From assembly GCA_022614965.1 (NCBI GenBank), contig JAKEHO010000082.1, positions 12,069 through 76,068 of the forward strand: DNA of 64,000 nucleotides, given 5' to 3'. The notes under the pieces are model-generated. The model searched no databases. It saw only the letters and a program-made list of their open reading frames with translations, and was not told the DNA's origin. Below, piece by piece: positions 18,543 through 29,340 of the stretch. Origin of the DNA: Gammaproteobacteria bacterium. GTDB lineage: Bacteria; Pseudomonadota; Gammaproteobacteria; JAKEHO01. The first letter of the stretch is position 1; every line of letters starts with the position of its first letter. Position numbers and translations under genes: made by a program.

Positions 18543-19625
18543 TCATACCTTGACGTCCTTGCTCGCGAGGCGATAGCGGCCAATCGGTTTTGGCCTCCGC
18601 CACCACCGCCACAGCGCCCGACGGTCGATTTCGAAATCGACAGGATCGCCTGTGCGCACCGTGAGACAAGCAAGCTCTTGGGATTTCAACGCCGCTAACA
18701 AAGGCTGCAACCAGTCCTGTTCCACCCGCACGATAAAATCACGCCAAAGGTCATTATCCGGATAATGACTATACCGAAGGCCTTCAGTCACGGCGACCAG
18801 CACATCGCTTCCCGCAGGCGCCCCCGCCAGGACCGCATCGGCCCCGGTGGGCAGCCCGTCGATCGGCGTGCGAGTGAATATGGCGAGCCCGCGCGCGAGC
18901 GGGTCGTCGCTGTAGAGGTGTGACCATCGCCGTTCGGGGGGCTCCGGTAGCCTTCCGCTGCCCCAAAACCAAAGACTGTTAACGGCAAGCTCGCCGCGGG
19001 CCTCACGTGCTGCATTCACGGCACTTCCATGTAGCACCATCTGCACCTCGTTGATGAGCTGATGCCAGCGCCGTTGATCAGGGCCTGTGGGCATGAAGCC
19101 GTGAATGTCGCGCCCCACGGCCTCCGTCAATGTTCGGGTGTAAACACGCGGGATAACCGATAATGCCAGATACCACTGCGAGGGCGATGCCACTTCAAGT
19201 CTACCCCCAATATCGGCGAAAAGAGCCTGAAGTTCCGCCCCAAGCTCTATGGCCTCGGTTTCCCCGAGCGAAAATGCGGAGGAGTCCAGCAGCAGAACCC
19301 CGTTGCGATCGGGACTCAAATGGACCGGATCCGCCCGCATCCAGATCTCCACCCCGCCCGCGCCCGTACCCGGATCGGACAGCCGGGTCAAGGCGGCAAT
19401 CGGAGGGGCTGACGGCTCGGGCCATGTCACTCCAAAGAGCCCACACAAGGCGTATTCAACCGGCTTTCCAAGCACCGGCACGAGGCGCGCCCGGGCAAAA
19501 AGTAATTGCAATGCAGGAAGCCTCAGTTCCAGATTGAAAGCGCCCTCTTCGCTGGCACTAAGCGGGCCGAAAAGGCCCGGTATGAACAGCGTCAGGCGAC
19601 GTTCGAGTGCGGCCATCGGTGACAC
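18543..19625 (-). CDS. conserved hypothetical protein (resembles proteins annotated as RpfE-type regulatory protein; function unknown)
   Basis: 360-aa ORF filling the recJ-thrC gap in the same orientation, containing an ..NSLWFWGSG.. segment. No catalytic motif recognised. Confidence 0.6.
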   Translation of the reverse strand: MSPMAALERRLTLFIPGLFGPLSASEEGAFNLELRLPALQLLFARARLVPVLGKPVEYALCGLFGVTWPEPSAPPIAALTRLSDPGTGAGGVEIWMRADPVHLSPDRNGVLLLDSSAFSLGETEAIELGAELQALFADIGGRLEVASPSQWYLALSVIPRVYTRTLTEAVGRDIHGFMPTGPDQRRWHQLINEVQMVLHGSAVNAAREARGELAVNSLWFWGSGRLPEPPERRWSHLYSDDPLARGLAIFTRTPIDGLPTGADAVLAGAPAGSDVLVAVTEGLRYSHYPDNDLWRDFIVRVEQDWLQPLLAALKSQELACLTVRTGDPVDFEIDRRALWRWWRRPKPIGRYRLASKDVKV

Positions 19626-19650
19626 ACTCTCACAATCCTATGATCGGGCG

Positions 19651-20793
19651 CTACGCCATATTGCCCAATATGGCGCGCTTGACCTCAGCAAGCGTCGCGT
19701 CCACACGAAGCAGTGGCCCCGTGCTCTGGCGAATGGCGGCGTCCGGATCTTTGAGGCCATGCCCCGTCAACGTGCAGACGATGGTGCTGTTCTCCGCAAT
19801 TTTACCGCCTTCAATGTCGCGCATGGCGCCAGCGAGCGATGTAGCAGAAGCTGGCTCGCAGAAAATCCCTTCCTTCTCAGCCAGCAGCTTTTGCGCTGCC
19901 AGGATCTCGTCATCCGTGCATTCGTCAAACCATCCGCCGGATTCCTCCTGCACCTTCCAAGCCTGCTCCCACGACTGCGGGTGACCTATGCGGATTGCGG
20001 TCGCCACCGTTTCAGGTTGATCCACCATGTGTCCGCGCATAAACGGTGCAGCACCCGTGGCTTGATAACCGACCATGACAGGCCTCTTGTCGCTCACCGC
20101 ATTCCGTGCGTATGGGCATTTGCCGCCGCAAAAGAGGCACGCGCTGGTCAAACACTCACCATGAGCGCCCGCATATTCGCAATAACCGATCCAGTGGGCA
20201 GTAATGTTGCCCGCATTGCCGACTGGTAGACAGTGATAATCAGGCGCCCTGCCAAGATCATCGACGATCTCAAACGCTGCGGTCTTCTGGCCTTGCAGGC
20301 GATAGGGGTTTATGGAATTGACAATGGTCACAGGCGCCTCCTTAACGAGGGCCTTCACAATTCGCAACCCGTCATCGAAGTTTCCTTTGATCTGAATCAC
20401 CACGGCGCCTTCCATCAATGCCTGCGCAAGCTTGCCCTGGGCGATCTTTCCATCCGGGATGACGACAAAGGCAGTCAATCCCGCACGGGCTGCATAGGCA
20501 GCCGCCGATGCCGAGGTGTTACCTGTGGACGCGCAAACAATAGCGCGGCTGCCTTCGGCTACGGCTTTGGTTACCGCGACGGTCATCCCCCGATCCTTAA
20601 AAGACCCCGTGGGATTGAGTCCCTCGTACTTGACGTATAGCTGCACCTCTTTGGCAAGACGACGGGGAATGTTGCGCAGTCGAATGAAGGGCGTGTTGCC
20701 CTCTCGCAGAGTGATGATTTCGGCGTCATCGTCGATGGGTAGTCGATCACGGTAACGCTCAATCAGCCCCGTGTAACGAGCCAAGGGGGACAT
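19651..20793 (-). CDS. thrC: threonine synthase
   Basis: PLP-lysine motif [10 protein letters not shown]; 380 aa; downstream of hom. Confidence 0.93.
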   Translation of the reverse strand: MSPLARYTGLIERYRDRLPIDDDAEIITLREGNTPFIRLRNIPRRLAKEVQLYVKYEGLNPTGSFKDRGMTVAVTKAVAEGSRAIVCASTGNTSASAAAYAARAGLTAFVVIPDGKIAQGKLAQALMEGAVVIQIKGNFDDGLRIVKALVKEAPVTIVNSINPYRLQGQKTAAFEIVDDLGRAPDYHCLPVGNAGNITAHWIGYCEYAGAHGECLTSACLFCGGKCPYARNAVSDKRPVMVGYQATGAAPFMRGHMVDQPETVATAIRIGHPQSWEQAWKVQEESGGWFDECTDDEILAAQKLLAEKEGIFCEPASATSLAGAMRDIEGGKIAENSTIVCTLTGHGLKDPDAAIRQSTGPLLRVDATLAEVKRAILGNMA

Positions 20794-20836
20794 GGAATCA
20801 CCTCTCGGGTGTTGCTCGAGTACCCATCAGCTGCGC

Positions 20837-22147
20837 CTAGTCGAGCGGCTCCAGGCGAATGCGCATGACTGACTTATGGATGGTGTGAAGCGCCTCAATA
20901 TCCACAATCGCTTTGTTCATAGACCGTTCCTTTACCCGATGGGTCAGGATAATCACGGGCACGTGTCTTTCGCCCGGAGCAGGCTCCTTCTGGAGAATGG
21001 CCTCAATGCTGATGCCCAGATCTCCGAGGATGCGGGTGATATCCGCCAAGACCCCGGGGCGATCCACGGCGTTCATGCGCAAATAATAGGCCGACTCAAC
21101 CTCTTCCATCGGCACGATGGACACGTCGGATAAGGCATGAGGCTGGAAAGCCAGATGGGGTACGCGGTTTTCTGGATCAGAGGTTAGCGCCCGGACGACA
21201 TCCACCAGATCACCGACGACTGCGGAAGCCGTAGGCTCTGCCCCCGCTCCCGCACCATAGTAGAGTGTCGGACCCACTGCATCGCCTTTCACCAGCACGG
21301 CGTTGAGTACGCCATCCACATTGGCGATCAAGCGTCGCTCCGGTATCAGCGTGGGGTGGACGCGGAGCTCAATGCCTTTTTCTGTGTTACGAGCGATTCC
21401 AAGATGTTTGATGCGGTAGCCGAACTGTTCAGCATAGTTCAGGTCGTCAGGGGTGATCTGGCGGATACCCTCCGTGTAGACCTTATCAAATTGCAGGGGA
21501 ATACCGAACGCAATCGCAGCCAGTATCGTCAGCTTGTGCGCCGCGTCGATCCCCTCAACATCAAAACTCGGATCCGCCTCCGCATAGCCCAAACGTTGCG
21601 CCTCCTTCAGGACCTTGGAGAAATCACGCGCCTGAGCGCGCATCTCGGTGAGGATGAAGTTGGTGGTGCCATTGATGATGCCCACTAGCCATTCAATACG
21701 ATTGCCGGATAACCCCTCCCGAATCGCCTTGATGATAGGGATCCCACCTGCTACGGCGGCCTCAAAGGCCACCATGACCCCCTCGCGGTGGGCGGCCTCG
21801 AAGATTTCGTTCCCATACATGGCGATCAGCATCTTATTTGCGGTCACCACGTGTTTGCCGCGCTCAATGGCCGCCAGCACCAGTTCGCGCGCGGGGTTTA
21901 TGCCACCAATCAACTCGACGACGATCTGTATGTCGGGATTATTTACGACCGCGAATGGGTCGTCGCTGAGCTTGATACCATCCGTCGGGCAAATACGCGG
22001 TTTGCCTAGATCACGCGCACTCGCGTGACTCACCCGTATCCCGCGGCCCGCGCGTCGCGTGATCTCCTCGGCGTTACGGCGCAACACATTGACGGTACCG
22101 CCACCTACGGTACCGAGACCCAGTAATCCAACGTTGACCGGTTCCAA
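20837..22147 (-). CDS. hom: homoserine dehydrogenase
   Basis: N-terminal GLGTVGGG NAD(P) fold, catalytic domain and C-terminal ACT domain (..LRMNAVDRPGVLADITRILG..). Confidence 0.93.
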   Translation of the reverse strand: MEPVNVGLLGLGTVGGGTVNVLRRNAEEITRRAGRGIRVSHASARDLGKPRICPTDGIKLSDDPFAVVNNPDIQIVVELIGGINPARELVLAAIERGKHVVTANKMLIAMYGNEIFEAAHREGVMVAFEAAVAGGIPIIKAIREGLSGNRIEWLVGIINGTTNFILTEMRAQARDFSKVLKEAQRLGYAEADPSFDVEGIDAAHKLTILAAIAFGIPLQFDKVYTEGIRQITPDDLNYAEQFGYRIKHLGIARNTEKGIELRVHPTLIPERRLIANVDGVLNAVLVKGDAVGPTLYYGAGAGAEPTASAVVGDLVDVVRALTSDPENRVPHLAFQPHALSDVSIVPMEEVESAYYLRMNAVDRPGVLADITRILGDLGISIEAILQKEPAPGERHVPVIILTHRVKERSMNKAIVDIEALHTIHKSVMRIRLEPLD

Positions 22148-22159
22148 ATGATGCGGCTC

Positions 22160-23350
22160 TTATAGCAAGCTGTTGTCCCGTCGAAACATCTCACGAATTC
22201 CGCGCATTGCCTGACGAGTACGATGTTTATTTTCGATCAATGCAAAACGGACATGCCCGTCGCCATATTCCCCAAAACCCACCCCTGGCGATGCTGCGAC
22301 TTTCGCCTCCATGAGCAGTTTCTTCGAAAACTCCAGCGAGCCCATTTCCCGATACCGTTCGGGGATCGGCGCCCAAACGAACATCGTGGCTAGCGGCTTT
22401 TTCACCTGCCAGCCCAGGGCATTCAGACCATCACAAAGCACGTCCCGTCGTTCTCTATAGAGCGTGCGGATCTCTTCGACGCAGTCCTGTGGGCCATTCA
22501 GAGCGGCGATCGCGGCCACTTGGATAGGCGTAAACATGCCGTAATCCAAATAGGACTTTAATCGGGCCAATGCAGACACGAGGTGCACATTGCCGACCAT
22601 GAAACCGACCCGCCAGCCCGGCATATTGTAGCTCTTGGAGAGTGAAAAGAACTCCACCGCGACTTCTTTTGCCCCGGGGATCTGCATAATGGAGGGTGCC
22701 GAATAACCATCAAACACGATATCGGCATAGGTCAAATCCTGAACAACCCAGATGCGGTTTTCGCGGGCGATGTCCACAACTTTTTGGAAGAACGGTAAAT
22801 CGACACATTCGGTCGTGGGATTGCCGGGGAAATTCAGTACCAGCATCTTGGGACGCGGCCATGAATCCTTAATCGCCTTCTCCAGCTCTGCGAAAAAATC
22901 GAGGCTAGGGACAAGCGGCACGTGTCGAATATCAGCACCGGCAATGATAAAACCATAAGGGTGGATCGGATAAGCAGGGCTTTGTACCAGTACCGCATCG
23001 CCACGATCGACGGTCCCCATGGCAAGATGGGCGATGCCTTCCTTCGAACCAAGGGTAACAATCGCCTCGGTGTCCGGATCAAGATCCACACCGTAGCGCC
23101 GCTTGTACCAGTCACAAATAGCGACTCTGAGTCGCGGAATGCCGCGGGATACGGAGTAGCGGTGTGTGTCGGGGCGCTGGGCCACTTCGATCAGCTTGTC
23201 GATGACATGCCGGGGCGCGGGCTGATCGGGATTGCCCATACCAAAGTCGATAATGTCCTCACCGCGCCGGCGGGCCGCAAGCTTGAGGTCATTCACGATG
23301 TTGAAGACATAGGGCGGCAGGCGCTGTATTCTTGAAAATTCTTTGTTCAA
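22160..23350 (-). CDS. alaC: PLP-dependent aminotransferase (AlaC-type glutamate-pyruvate aminotransferase)
   Basis: Colinear with E. coli AlaC as I remember it (RLPPYVFN.., [33 protein letters not shown]-Lys, HVRFALIEN). Confidence 0.85.
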   Translation of the reverse strand: MNKEFSRIQRLPPYVFNIVNDLKLAARRRGEDIIDFGMGNPDQPAPRHVIDKLIEVAQRPDTHRYSVSRGIPRLRVAICDWYKRRYGVDLDPDTEAIVTLGSKEGIAHLAMGTVDRGDAVLVQSPAYPIHPYGFIIAGADIRHVPLVPSLDFFAELEKAIKDSWPRPKMLVLNFPGNPTTECVDLPFFQKVVDIARENRIWVVQDLTYADIVFDGYSAPSIMQIPGAKEVAVEFFSLSKSYNMPGWRVGFMVGNVHLVSALARLKSYLDYGMFTPIQVAAIAALNGPQDCVEEIRTLYRERRDVLCDGLNALGWQVKKPLATMFVWAPIPERYREMGSLEFSKKLLMEAKVAASPGVGFGEYGDGHVRFALIENKHRTRQAMRGIREMFRRDNSLL

Positions 23351-23667
23351 CTCGGTACAGTTAACAGTTGAGAAATTAAGTGGGCGGGGCGCTCAGTTGC
23401 CTTGTGGGAGTGTCCCTGCATTAATCGAGTCCATATCGTTGTGAGGATGCAAGGCCAAACACGGCGCTAGACATTACCTATGCGACAGATGCGTGTCAAA
23501 CGCCACTCGAAGGCGGTCCCGTCAGCCTGCTTGATGATGCCTCGTCACCATGAAGCGTTTCTATCCAGCCTCCCAGAAGGGAAATCGGACGAGGCGCTTT
23601 GTGATAAAGCCAGGCCTCGGCACGGCTTGCTGAGTGCCTTCGTGCCAAGCTTAAGCGAGCTGACTTG

Positions 23668-24486
23668 ATGACCCGGGTCGCTGCAATACAGATGGTCTCC
23701 GCTCCTGAAGTGAGCGAAAATCTGCGGACGGCGAAGGAATTGATCGAACGGGCGGTCGCAGAGGGCGCACAACTCATCGTGCTACCTGAAAACTTTGCGT
23801 GCGTCGGCGTGCACGAAAAGGACAAGCTCAAGGTCAAAGAAGACTACGGCAACGGACCCATTCAGGCGTTCCTCTCGAACGAGGCAGCTCGCCACGGGAT
23901 CTGGCTCGTTGGTGGCACTATCCCCATCGTGTCCATCGACAAAGACAAAGTGCATGGGACCTGCCTTTTGTACGATGCCATGGGGCGGTGCGTCGCCCGC
24001 TATGACAAGATCCACCTGTTCGACGTGCAGCTTGGGGAAGAGGACGCCCAGCATTATCAAGAGTCCGCTACCATAGAACCGGGTGAGGATGTGGTCGTCG
24101 CTGAGACGCCCTTCGGGCCCGTTGGGCTCGCCGTGTGTTATGACCTCCGTTTCCCGGAACTCTTCCGACGCATGCTTGATAAAGGTTTGGAGGTAATTGC
24201 CCTGCCTTCGGCCTTCACGTACACCACAGGGAAAGCCCATTGGGAACCGCTACTTAGAGCGCGCGCGGTGGAGAACTTGTGCTACGTTATTGCATCCAAT
24301 CAAGGAGGTCATCATGCAAACGGGCGCGATACCTTCGGCCACACCATGATCGTTACCCCTTGGGGCGAGATTTCGGCAATTCTCGCCAACGGGCCAGGTG
24401 TGATCCTTGCAGACATCGACCATAAAGCGTTGCATGATACCAGGCGGAGCTTCCCTTCAATTGAGCATCGAAGGCTGACAGACTAA
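23668..24486 (+). CDS. carbon-nitrogen hydrolase (nitrilase superfamily)
   Basis: Glu-Lys-Cys triad contexts VLPENF, YDKIHLFD and AVCYDLRFPE. The ATG at 23668 is preferred to the TTG at 23665. Confidence 0.85.
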   Translation: MTRVAAIQMVSAPEVSENLRTAKELIERAVAEGAQLIVLPENFACVGVHEKDKLKVKEDYGNGPIQAFLSNEAARHGIWLVGGTIPIVSIDKDKVHGTCLLYDAMGRCVARYDKIHLFDVQLGEEDAQHYQESATIEPGEDVVVAETPFGPVGLAVCYDLRFPELFRRMLDKGLEVIALPSAFTYTTGKAHWEPLLRARAVENLCYVIASNQGGHHANGRDTFGHTMIVTPWGEISAILANGPGVILADIDHKALHDTRRSFPSIEHRRLTD

Positions 24487-24492
24487 GGCCCC

Positions 24493-25935
24493 ATGAGCAC
24501 TGCACTCGACATTGCGAAGACCAATCTTCTCTCCCCAGGCGGGGTGGGAGAACAGGAGATCCAGAAAGTTCTCGATCAGTTGCTCGCGCATCAGGTGGAG
24601 GAGGCAGATCTGTACTTTGAGTCGACACGCTCAGAAGGCTGGGTGCTGGAGGATGGCATCGTTAAGGAGGGCGCCCACGGTATCGATCAGGGGGTTGGAG
24701 TACGGGCCATCAGTGGCGAAAAGACTGCGCTGGCCTACTCCGACGAAATCGTATTACCGGCATTGACGCATGCCGCCCAAGCGGCCCGTGCGATCGCAAC
24801 GAGTGGCGGGCAGGGCAAGCTTAAAGCGTGGCAGAAGGAGAAAGGGCTACGACTCTACCCGCCCATCGACCCACTGCCGACCTTGGGCGAGAAGGACAAG
24901 GTTCAGCTGTTGCAACGCCTGGACGCTGAGGCGAGGCGTCTGGACCCGCGTGTAAAAGAAGTCATCGTAGGACTCAATGGGGTCAATACCGTGATGCTGG
25001 TCGCGGGCAGCGACGGCACCTTCTGCGCGGACGTAAGACCACTGGTCCATCTCAATGTCAGCGTCATCGTTGAAGAAGGCGGCAGGCGGGAACACGGCAG
25101 TGCGGGTGGCGGTGGACGGTTTGGTTACAAGTGGTTCCTTGATGAGGACCGGGCGCTGGGCTACGCGCGCGAGGCAGTGCGCCAAGCGCTCGTGAACCTG
25201 GAAGCCGTCAGCGCACCGGCCGGCACGATGACTGTGGTACTCGGACCTGGTTGGCCGGGGGTCCTGTTGCACGAGGCTATCGGCCACGGACTCGAGGGCG
25301 ATTTCAACCGCAAGGGCACGTCTGCTTTTGCAGGGCGTATTGGGGAACGCGTCGCAACGCCAGTTTGCACCGTGGTCGACGACGGCACGATCGCAAATCG
25401 GCGCGGTTCACTGAATATCGATGATGAAGGGACGCCCCCGCAATGTACGGTGCTCATCGACCGAGGGATCCTCACGGGTTACATGCAAGATAAACACAAC
25501 GCACGATTGATGGGAATGAAATCCACCGGCAATGGGCGACGGGAGTCTTTTGCGCACCTCCCCATGCCACGCATGACGAATACCTACATGCTGGCGGGCA
25601 AACATTCACCTGAGGAGATTATCACCTCTGTCGATAGGGGCCTTTATGCGGCAAATTTCGGCGGTGGGGAGGTGGATATCACCAACGGAAAGTTCGTGTT
25701 CAGCACCAGTGAAGCTTACCGCATTGAAAAAGGTAAGATTACGCAGCCGGTCAAGGGCGCCACGCTGATCGGTAACGGCCCTGATGTGCTCACACGCGTT
25801 ACCATGGTCGGGAACGATTTCCAGCTCGACCCGGGTGTGGGAACCTGCGGCAAGGAGGGACAGACGGTGCCCGTCGGCGTTGGACAGCCGACGCTGCGCA
25901 TCGACGGCCTCACCGTGGGAGGAACCGCCACCTGA
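24493..25935 (+). CDS. tldD: metalloprotease TldD
   Basis: [11 protein letters not shown] zinc motif; 480 aa. Confidence 0.92.
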   Translation: MSTALDIAKTNLLSPGGVGEQEIQKVLDQLLAHQVEEADLYFESTRSEGWVLEDGIVKEGAHGIDQGVGVRAISGEKTALAYSDEIVLPALTHAAQAARAIATSGGQGKLKAWQKEKGLRLYPPIDPLPTLGEKDKVQLLQRLDAEARRLDPRVKEVIVGLNGVNTVMLVAGSDGTFCADVRPLVHLNVSVIVEEGGRREHGSAGGGGRFGYKWFLDEDRALGYAREAVRQALVNLEAVSAPAGTMTVVLGPGWPGVLLHEAIGHGLEGDFNRKGTSAFAGRIGERVATPVCTVVDDGTIANRRGSLNIDDEGTPPQCTVLIDRGILTGYMQDKHNARLMGMKSTGNGRRESFAHLPMPRMTNTYMLAGKHSPEEIITSVDRGLYAANFGGGEVDITNGKFVFSTSEAYRIEKGKITQPVKGATLIGNGPDVLTRVTMVGNDFQLDPGVGTCGKEGQTVPVGVGQPTLRIDGLTVGGTAT

Positions 25936-26004
25936 GGAGAGAATGACGGAGCCGCGTCCCGCGGAGGGATTACGCTATCCTCCACAACGAATTCCCCGGA
26001 CTCT

Positions 26005-27156
26005 TTATCCCTCTGTGCGGACCCAGCGCCAGGCCACCCCAAGACCCACAAGGCTCAACAGCGCCGCGAACGCGTAGGTCCGCTCCGGGCCAAAGCTCGC
26101 CCAGGTGAATCCACTCAGCAGACTCCCCACCGCCAGCCCGGCGCCGAAGCTCGTGCTGCTGTAGAGCGCTTGCCCCCGGCCCTGATGACGCCCCACAAAA
26201 TAACGATGAATCAGCTGAATCGCCATCGCGTGATAGACCCCAAACGTCGCCGCATGCAGGAGCTGCGCAACCGTGAGAACCGGTAGACTGTCCACATAGA
26301 AGCCAATGAGTAACCAGCGCAATGTCGCTAAACCAAGGCTTGCAAGTAGCAGGGTTCTAAGACCCCATTTCCGCAAGAGCCGGTGCATGGCGAGAAATAC
26401 GCCGACCTCGGCCAGAACTCCAAGTGCCCAGAGCTCACCAATCAGCGTCGGGGAGTACCCATGATCAGCGAGGTAGATTGAGTAGAAGGCGTAATAAGGC
26501 CCATGGCTCGCTTGCATAAGAAAACAGACAATAAGCAGCGCGAGAACTTTGGGCCTCGCAAGCACTTTGCGAAGTGGTTCCTGGGATAGCGGAAGATGGC
26601 CCGCCGCCTCTTCCGGCACCAGTAGGCTTGTAAGCCAGATCATTCCCATCAACGCCACAATGATCTGGGGTAAAAAGTGCACGCCGTAGCGATCAAAAAT
26701 CCAGCCCAACATCCAAACGCTCACGATAAATCCGACCGAACCCCACACTCGGATTTGGGTGTACGCATGAACTGAGTCACCGAGATGCGTGAGCGTGGTC
26801 GCTTCAAACTGTGGCAGCGCGGCATTCCAGAAAAACCCGAACACCACCATCACGAGCGCCAGCCAAATGAAAGTACTTGCGAGCAACACAGCGGCAAACG
26901 CGATACAAGCGAGCAGACAGGCAAGCCGGATGATCGCCATACGTCGACCACGGTGATCAGCGAGCCAGCCCCAGACATTAGGCGCCACGATCTTGGTGGC
27001 GACGAGAATGGCCACTAACTCCCCAATCTCCACCGCGCCAAAGCCCAGAGACTGGAGGTAGGGCGACCAGTACGGAAGCAACGCACCGAGAGTGGAGAAG
27101 TAGAATAGATAGAACCCCGACAGACGCCAATACGGCACCTGCACGCGGGGGAACAT
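26005..27156 (-). CDS. MFS transporter (HcaT/MFS_1-like)
   Basis: 12-TM ORF. Start set at MFPRVQVPYWRLSGFYLFYFS (ATG 27156), one nt from the aroC stop. The longer track ORF would overlap aroC. Confidence 0.8.
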   Translation of the reverse strand: MFPRVQVPYWRLSGFYLFYFSTLGALLPYWSPYLQSLGFGAVEIGELVAILVATKIVAPNVWGWLADHRGRRMAIIRLACLLACIAFAAVLLASTFIWLALVMVVFGFFWNAALPQFEATTLTHLGDSVHAYTQIRVWGSVGFIVSVWMLGWIFDRYGVHFLPQIIVALMGMIWLTSLLVPEEAAGHLPLSQEPLRKVLARPKVLALLIVCFLMQASHGPYYAFYSIYLADHGYSPTLIGELWALGVLAEVGVFLAMHRLLRKWGLRTLLLASLGLATLRWLLIGFYVDSLPVLTVAQLLHAATFGVYHAMAIQLIHRYFVGRHQGRGQALYSSTSFGAGLAVGSLLSGFTWASFGPERTYAFAALLSLVGLGVAWRWVRTEG

Positions 27157-27157
27157 G

Positions 27158-28255
27158 TCAGGCGGTAGCGGGAATGACAGGGGTTTCAGATGACACGTCC
27201 ATGTTCTGAGCACGGTGCCGCAGTACATGATCCATCAGCACCAGAGCCATCATGGCCTCTGCAATGGGGGTTGCGCGGATGCCGACACAGGGATCGTGAC
27301 GGCCATGTGTCGCGATTTCGGCCGCCTCACCTTTAACATTCACCGTGCGCCCGGGTAAGCGGATGCTGGATGTCGGTTTCAGCGCCATACTGGCGACGAT
27401 GTCCTGGCCAGTGGAGATGCCTCCCAAGATGCCGCCAGCGTGATTGCTGAGAAATCCCCTTGGCGTCATTTCGTCGCGGTGCTCCGTCCCCTTTTGCTCG
27501 ACTGCTGCAAATCCGGCACCGACCTCGACACCCTTCACGGCATTAATACTCATCAACGCCTTAGCGATATCTGCATCGAGTCGATCAAAGACCGGTTCAC
27601 CTAGGCCGGGCGGTACATGGGACGCAACGACATTTAGGCGCGCGCCGATGGAGTTGCCCTCCTTACGCAGATTGTCCATGTAGGCCTCAAGCTCTGGCAC
27701 TGCGGCCGCGTCGGGGCAGAAAAATGGATTGTTTTCAACTTCGTCCCAATTAATTCGTTCAATCTTGATTGGGCCTAACTGGGCAAGGTATCCACGAATG
27801 ACGATCCCATAACGTTCCCACAGGTACTTTTTAGCGATCCCACCGGCCGCAACTCGCATGCAGGTTTCTCTCGCGGACGCCCGACCGCCGCCGCGGTAGT
27901 CGCGGATACCGTACTTCTGTTGATAGGTGTAATCCGCGTGTCCAGGACGAAACACATCCTGAATCTTGTCGTAGTCCTTCGGTCTGGCATCGGTGTTTTC
28001 AATCAAGAGCCCGATCGGTGTACCCAGGGTGCGCCCCTCAAAGACCCCGGAGAGGATCCGAACCTGATCTTCTTCCCGGCGTTGACTGGTGTGGCGGGAA
28101 GTGCCCGGTCGACGCCGATCGAGGTCTTTCTGCAGATCCTTTTCCGACAGCTCCAAATCCGGCGGACAGCCATCAACGACACAACCATATGCAGGACCGT
28201 GGCTTTCACCGAAGGTGGTGATCGTGAAAAGTTGCCCAAATGTGTTACCTGACAT
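27158..28255 (-). CDS. aroC: chorismate synthase
   Basis: Canonical N-terminus [20 protein letters not shown] at ATG 28255. The upstream 75 codons of the track ORF are Arg/Gly-rich non-homologous extension. Confidence 0.93.
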   Translation of the reverse strand: MSGNTFGQLFTITTFGESHGPAYGCVVDGCPPDLELSEKDLQKDLDRRRPGTSRHTSQRREEDQVRILSGVFEGRTLGTPIGLLIENTDARPKDYDKIQDVFRPGHADYTYQQKYGIRDYRGGGRASARETCMRVAAGGIAKKYLWERYGIVIRGYLAQLGPIKIERINWDEVENNPFFCPDAAAVPELEAYMDNLRKEGNSIGARLNVVASHVPPGLGEPVFDRLDADIAKALMSINAVKGVEVGAGFAAVEQKGTEHRDEMTPRGFLSNHAGGILGGISTGQDIVASMALKPTSSIRLPGRTVNVKGEAAEIATHGRHDPCVGIRATPIAEAMMALVLMDHVLRHRAQNMDVSSETPVIPATA

Positions 28256-28338
28256 GGAGCGTATTGTACCGAGGAAAGGCACCCCCGTCCCGTGGAGCGA
28301 GGATGAGTCCCGTCCCAGTTTGAGCTCTGCTCCGGAAG

Positions 28339-29250
28339 TTACCGGGTGGAAAAGTGGGCGCGGAGTTCTTCCGCTGTGAGCAGAAATACGCCCTCGCCAC
28401 CTCGTCGGAACTCGAGCCACAGGAACGGCATTTTCGGATAGCGCCCCAGAAGCCTCCCATGCGCCTCCCCTACCTCGCAAACTAAGACGCCCCCGTCATT
28501 GAGATGCGCTCCTGCTTCTCTCAGCACACGATTGACGACCGTAAGGCCCCCTTCTCCTCCCCTAAGTCCCACCGCCGGTTCGTGTTGGTACTCATCGGGT
28601 AGTCTCGCCAGCTCCTTGCTATCCACATAAGGCGGATTACAGACGATGAGATCGTATCGATGCCTCGCTAGCGCTTTGAAGAGATCGGAGTGTATTGCGC
28701 GAACCTGCGCTCCAACCCCGTGTTGTTCGATATTCTTCTTGGCCACATCAAGCGCATCGTGCGAGATGTCCACAGCATCCACCTTGGCGCCAGCAAAGGC
28801 CAGCGCGCAGGCGATCGCGATGCACCCGCTGCCGGTGCCGAGGTCAAGGACACAATGAACATGCTCCTCTTTAACCCAGGGGGCGAAGCGTTCCTCGATC
28901 AGCTCGGCGATGGGTGAGCGGGGGACGAGTACCCGCTCATCCACGTAGAACGGCAAACCGGCGAACCAGGCCTTGTGGGTGAGGTAGGCCGAAGGTTTCC
29001 GGCTGCGAATGCGTTCCTGCAAGATGGCCACCGCACGCTGTTTCTCGGTATGAGTTAACACGCGGTCTAACTTCTCATCCGGGCCATCCCAGGCCAATCC
29101 CAACGCATGGAACACCAGCAAGACCGCCTCGTCCCTTGCATTGTCCGCACCGTGCCCGAAGCAAAGCTTGGCGTCTTCGAACTGCCTCATGCCCCAGTAC
29201 ACCAGCTCACGGGGCGTACGCACCGCACTTAAGTTGCTTGGCTCAGTCAT
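28339..29250 (-). CDS. prmB: ribosomal protein L3 glutamine methyltransferase
   Basis: SAM motif [10 protein letters not shown] and NPPY (VCNPPYV). Adjacent to aroC as in E. coli. Confidence 0.85.
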   Translation of the reverse strand: MTEPSNLSAVRTPRELVYWGMRQFEDAKLCFGHGADNARDEAVLLVFHALGLAWDGPDEKLDRVLTHTEKQRAVAILQERIRSRKPSAYLTHKAWFAGLPFYVDERVLVPRSPIAELIEERFAPWVKEEHVHCVLDLGTGSGCIAIACALAFAGAKVDAVDISHDALDVAKKNIEQHGVGAQVRAIHSDLFKALARHRYDLIVCNPPYVDSKELARLPDEYQHEPAVGLRGGEGGLTVVNRVLREAGAHLNDGGVLVCEVGEAHGRLLGRYPKMPFLWLEFRRGGEGVFLLTAEELRAHFSTR

Positions 29251-29340
29251 GAAGTAAGGCGGACGCCGACATTCGGCGTCGCCGCGATGCCGATCAGCGC
29301 CCCACCATTAGGATCGATGCACAAATAGAAACGTCACGTA

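Noticed and set aside
19249-20229. 326-aa plus-strand ORF antisense to thrC and the upstream hypothetical gene
   Set aside because: It has no start context or motifs and spans two bona fide minus-strand genes and their spacer. It is a shadow ORF.
28256-28480. N-terminal 75-codon extension of aroC in the ORF track; similar extensions occur for MFS to 27228, MlaD to 45027, MlaE to 46612, mutS from 33039 and ALDH to 12156
   Set aside because: The conserved family N-termini begin at internal ATGs. The extensions are Arg/Gly-rich, overlap neighbouring genes and lack homology.
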